Positions 59,571 to 64,000 of a stretch of DNA of 64,000 nt are shown here, piece by piece. Each line of letters begins with the position of its first letter. Within the stretch, counting starts at the first letter, position 1. This stretch comes from Perkinsela sp. CCAP 1560/9 (taxonomy: Eukaryota; Protista; Euglenozoa: Kinetoplastea). Location of the stretch: contig CBFFSA010000009.1 in the NCBI GenBank assembly GCA_965644495.1, positions 62,001 to 126,000 on the forward strand, written 5' to 3'. The notes under the pieces are model-generated. The model made no database searches, had not been told where the DNA came from, and worked only from the letters and a program-made list of their open reading frames with translations. Made by a program: the position numbers and the translations under genes.

Positions 59571-59637
59571 GAATCTGCTTGAATTCCGCCGAATTAGTTT
59601 TCGGATTTTGGTGCAGGCCGGGTTTCAAGCCCGGTGT

Positions 59638-59784
<147 letters not shown>

Positions 59785-59984
59785 NNNNNNNNNNNNNNNN
59801 NNNNNNNNNNNNNNNNNNNNNNNNNNNNNNNNNNNNNNNNNNNNNNNNNNNNNNNNNNNNNNNNNNNNNNNNNNNNNNNNNNNNNNNNNNNNNNNNNNNN
59901 NNNNNNNNNNNNNNNNNNNNNNNNNNNNNNNNNNNNNNNNNNNNNNNNNNNNNNNNNNNNNNNNNNNNNNNNNNNNNNNNNNNN
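59785..59984. other. Assembly gap (200 N)
   Basis: Run of n. Confidence 1.
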
Positions 59985-60380
59985 CAGGGGTATAGCACAC
60001 CCCACCTCCCTAGCTGTAACCTAACTCCTCTCCAAGCGGAGGTCAGCCGTAGCTTGCTATGGCTGGCTCTCCGGATACGTCGCAAGACGTATTCGGACTG
60101 CCCGTTTGGGGAGTTGAGGGGCCATAACTCTTCGGAGTCAAAAGGCACAATACATCTTCTCATCATGTAGCGGTTTGTTGTGCGACGCCGGGTGAGTTAG
60201 CTAGAATCAAGATGCCAACGATCGCACGCAATGAGACTTTGCCGGTGGATGTGAGGAGACTTCGCCAGTAGAACCGCAGATCCGTGCACTGATTTCGCCG
60301 TCCCGACAAAACCTCGGGAACGCAGCAATCGCAGACAAACCAGATCCGAGCTGAAAAGGGATTTGGGCGCCCTAGAATCA

Positions 60381-60600
60381 NNNNNNNNNNNNNNNNNNNN
60401 NNNNNNNNNNNNNNNNNNNNNNNNNNNNNNNNNNNNNNNNNNNNNNNNNNNNNNNNNNNNNNNNNNNNNNNNNNNNNNNNNNNNNNNNNNNNNNNNNNNN
60501 NNNNNNNNNNNNNNNNNNNNNNNNNNNNNNNNNNNNNNNNNNNNNNNNNNNNNNNNNNNNNNNNNNNNNNNNNNNNNNNNTGGCGCACCTCTTTTCGTCA
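60381..60600. other. Assembly gap (220 N)
   Basis: Run of n. Confidence 1.
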
Positions 60601-60619
60601 GCCGGATTCACCAAAGCGT

Positions 60620-61193
60620 GTACATCTTTTTCTCCTTTTTCAGAGACGGTCTTCAAGGATTTCATGGATCCTCTGGAGGGGACAACGGTATTTCATCGAA
60701 ATTGAAGATACAGCTGAAAAGTTTTGTTCTCAGAGAGCAGCAAATGAAAGTAAAAAAACTTCCCACCTTTTCCCGAAGTTGCTCCCTAGAAAGTTGCGTT
60801 TTTTTTGCACAATGCGTTGACTGAATGCGTATCGGTGCAAAAACCTGGATACCCAAGAATCACTAACAGTGCGAATGTTGTGCTGCTGGGCCTCGGGTTG
60901 TCGTCGGAGAATTCGAATTGCTTCTGATTTAACGTTTTCAAAAGTAACAAGTGCATTCGAATGACGTCTGCCTCGTATGTAACCTTCAAGGACTTCTTTG
61001 GTGCGCAACAATGGGTGTTTCTTGTGGTGTGCTTTACGCATCCCTTTGCTACGATCAATCGAACCCCAAGAAAGCAATTGCTCTTTGTGGCATACTTGAA
61101 ATCGTTCGTTTGACCACTTTTCAGCAATGAAAGCATTCATGTGGGGTATAAGACCTTTTTTGGAATCTTTTACATTCTGCGAGAGGCTTTGGT
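60620..61193 (-). pseudogene. pogo-like transposase fragment (CENP-B/Tc5-type HTH)
   Basis: KKHPLLRTKEVLEGYIRGRR...VSDSWVSRFLHRYAFSQRIVQK; IFNFDEIPL. Confidence 0.75.
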
Positions 61194-61611
61194 AAAAAGG
61201 GGGGGGATAGTAATATTTAAATAAAATTTAAATATTAACTTGCAGTTTAAATATTAAAGAGAATTTAAATATTAATCCGCATTTAAAAATTATTCCGCAC
61301 CCCGGGTTACTCTAAATTCTTTTTTAGGTTCCTCGTTAAACGCGGTGGTTGTTTTCAACTTAGAAGTCCCCTCATGCTGCGCGCTTCGCGTTGAAAAATA
61401 CCACCGCGCTTGACGAAGAGCCTAAAAAAGAAAAATTCGTTTCGAAAGCTGAAGAAAAAGGGAGGATTTGAGCCAAAAATGTCAGGGTTGGTAGTCCTAA
61501 TCTGGGCTTACCCAGAGAGGGTCCACCAACCCGTCATTATCACCACCTACGTAGGCACCTAGACACTGGTTCCAGGCCGGTGGGTGACAGGCATGCCTTT
61601 GGGGCTGTTGA

Positions 61612-61826
<215 letters not shown>

Positions 61827-61849
61827 TAACGCCCAATACGAATGGTATT

Positions 61850-62287
61850 GGAGCCGCGGATGCGTCGAAAACCTATGGTAAAGGAGGACTATTCTTTGAT
61901 ACGAACGGCACTCCATACGGTGAATGGAGTGAAACAAATGCGACAGAGGAAAGTGGAAGTGGTGCCTTCATTCTTGAAGTAAGAGCTCTTAGAATCGCCA
62001 TTGACCACGCGATTCACCTGCACAAAGAGGCGAAGATAAAGCGAATTGTTCTGGTTACGGACAACCAGGCGGCTCAGCACGCGATCAATGTGGGCTATTC
62101 AACGTCGAGTGAGGCCCTAAAGGAAATAAGAATCATTTTCCGAGCCAAAACAGCACATGAAATAGATCTTGAACTGTTATGGATAGCAGGAGACCTGAAT
62201 GCAGCCGATCCACCCTGGCGAGGAGTAGAGACTAATTATTTTCGAGATTCAGCCACCTGGAAAGTTCTAAAGTGTGCTGGCACTTAG
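61850..62287 (+). pseudogene. DIRS-type RNase H fragment
   Basis: AADAS..G.GG, ILEVRAL, VLVTDNQAA, LLWIAGDLNAADPPWR. Confidence 0.75.
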
Positions 62288-63142
62288 CATGGGAGGGACA
62301 AATACATGTATGCATGTATATGATATACATGATCTACATGTAATATCAGTCAAATCAATCCACGCACAATTCATAATACCATAGATCTTAATGCAGATGA
62401 ATTCTTAAGTAGCAATCCTAGTATAACAAACGTTCGTACACCCAATCGGACTGGTATACATATCCGTTTACCTAGCCGTGCGTGGTGTATCGGACCGATA
62501 CCCAATACACAAGCTGTAGCTCGGGCCAAAAAAAAACATGTTTTTACTCTACAACTTTCCTTTTCATATTTCATCTTTCATCTTTTTACTCTACAACTTC
62601 CCTGCGCTCGATTCATCCACCTCTATACAGTCCGGGTCAAACATCTCGGTCCATGATTGGACTCTCGTTTCTGAATACAACTTCTTTATGCGCCTGTAGT
62701 CTTCTTGTAGCTTCCGTTCTTCGCTGATGGCGTCTGCAATTTGGGACAAAGCTCCACGGCTATGTCGAGAGTCCCTCTTCTCATTCTTTTACCAAAGTTT
62801 TTGCAACTCGATTTCAACACCACCGCGTAGACGTTCGAAGTCCCTTATCTGGGCATGTTTGTGTAGATTCACGTAATGCTCATCCCGAGCTACCTTATCT
62901 GGGAGCTTTATATTCTATAAAGCTATATAAATGATATACAGGGGGACATTTGTCTGTGTAATACTAATCTGGAGAACATTAATCTGTATGATATTAATCT
63001 GTGTTAACTCGAAAATATTTGGCCCGACAGAAATCTGTGTTAAAAAAACAAGAATGCGCCGCAGGCGAAATTCTTCTTTTTCCATGCATTTTTACGTCTT
63101 TTTCTCGGAAATTTTCTTTTTTCTTGATTTGTATTTGTAATT

Positions 63143-63880
63143 ATGATTGTCTCTATGCTCTCGGCCGATGTAACGGAACCGTTAAGAAAGAAAGCCAGGA
63201 GAGAAACGAACTCATCCGACACGACACTTTCAACGAGTAGTTCTAATGTGACTGGAACATCTCGTCCATCTAAAGTCAGTGCCGTGTCGTTACCCGTGGA
63301 GTACGATTTGATGAGACTCGTAGAAAACCCTCCACCGTCATGGTCCACCGATACCCCGGGATGTAGCTGGGATGGGGTCACATGTAACGACAAGGGCGAC
63401 GTGATTTGGATAACCTGGGGTCACATGATGGGCTCTACTACTAGTTTCTCTAGCGAGAAACTACAAGGCCAGTTCAATGTAAAATATTTGCCGTACGAAT
63501 TGGAAATTTTACGGCTAACGTTCAATTCTCTATCGGGTGAGTTTCCCTTTGATCAGTTGCCTCCGAAATTGAAAGACATTAACATATCCTTCAATCAGTT
63601 CACGGGTACTCCAGATTTTCGTCACCTGCCACCCTTTCTAGTCTATCTTAATATGTGTGACAATAAATTTTCTGGTCATATTGAATTCGATTTCGTGCAC
63701 GAAAACTTGCGCGACATAATTTTAGCTTTTAATACAGAACTTGAAGGCTTCCTAAACATCAGAGACGAGTTAAAAAATCTGTATTATACTGTAGCGCGAA
63801 CAAAGATTACGGTAAGCAACGGTGAGATGACACGCGACAGACCGAGTCCGCGTGTTTATGGAATGTGTGGACTAAGGTAA
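63143..63880 (+). CDS. LRR protein subfamily C (C4), 245 aa
   Basis: Intact paralogue closest to C1, with a 5-aa insertion (TTSFS) in the variable loop. Confidence 0.92.
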   Translation: MIVSMLSADVTEPLRKKARRETNSSDTTLSTSSSNVTGTSRPSKVSAVSLPVEYDLMRLVENPPPSWSTDTPGCSWDGVTCNDKGDVIWITWGHMMGSTTSFSSEKLQGQFNVKYLPYELEILRLTFNSLSGEFPFDQLPPKLKDINISFNQFTGTPDFRHLPPFLVYLNMCDNKFSGHIEFDFVHENLRDIILAFNTELEGFLNIRDELKNLYYTVARTKITVSNGEMTRDRPSPRVYGMCGLR

Positions 63881-64000
63881 AGTGATCTCTATAATGGGAA
63901 ATAGGCACGAAAAGCGTCAGCATACAAAAAATACTTGACAAAGAAATAGTTAATTTTGCGGTGGGATATTATTTTGATTGGAATTTGAATATTATAGTAT

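Overview
Eukaryotic (protist-like) draft scaffold segment with two N gaps and long (CT)n tracts. It holds a dispersed array of intronless, 24-residue plant-type leucine-rich-repeat (LRR) genes, all on the + strand, in three subfamilies: two 530-aa 'A' genes, three 'B' genes plus a B pseudogene, and four ~240-aa 'C' genes. They sit in a dense, nested field of mobile elements: Tc1/mariner (one intact element with DD32E spacing, several deletion derivatives), pogo-like (one with a C-terminal Ulp1-like region), Merlin/IS1595-like (one apparently intact element with an 8-bp TSD whose transposase is fused to a SWIM zinc finger), a hAT-like pseudogene, Sola- and Stowaway-like MITEs, CRE-like and RTE-like non-LTR remnants, tyrosine-recombinase and DIRS-type RNase H remnants, and non-coding SINE-like elements. 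Main candidates for something new: (1) LRR paralogues with near-identical flanks but a short hypervariable window and NLS-like leaders, together with an LRR segment captured inside a Tc1 transposase and other templated insertions, suggesting a repair- or TE-driven LRR diversification system; (2) a covarying stem/9-nt-bulge RNA module repeated in two SINE-like families; (3) the Merlin-SWIM fusion. The single-strand intronless genes and TE mix fit a euglenozoan/kinetoplastid-like host, but that is inference. All calls are by eye; no searches were run.
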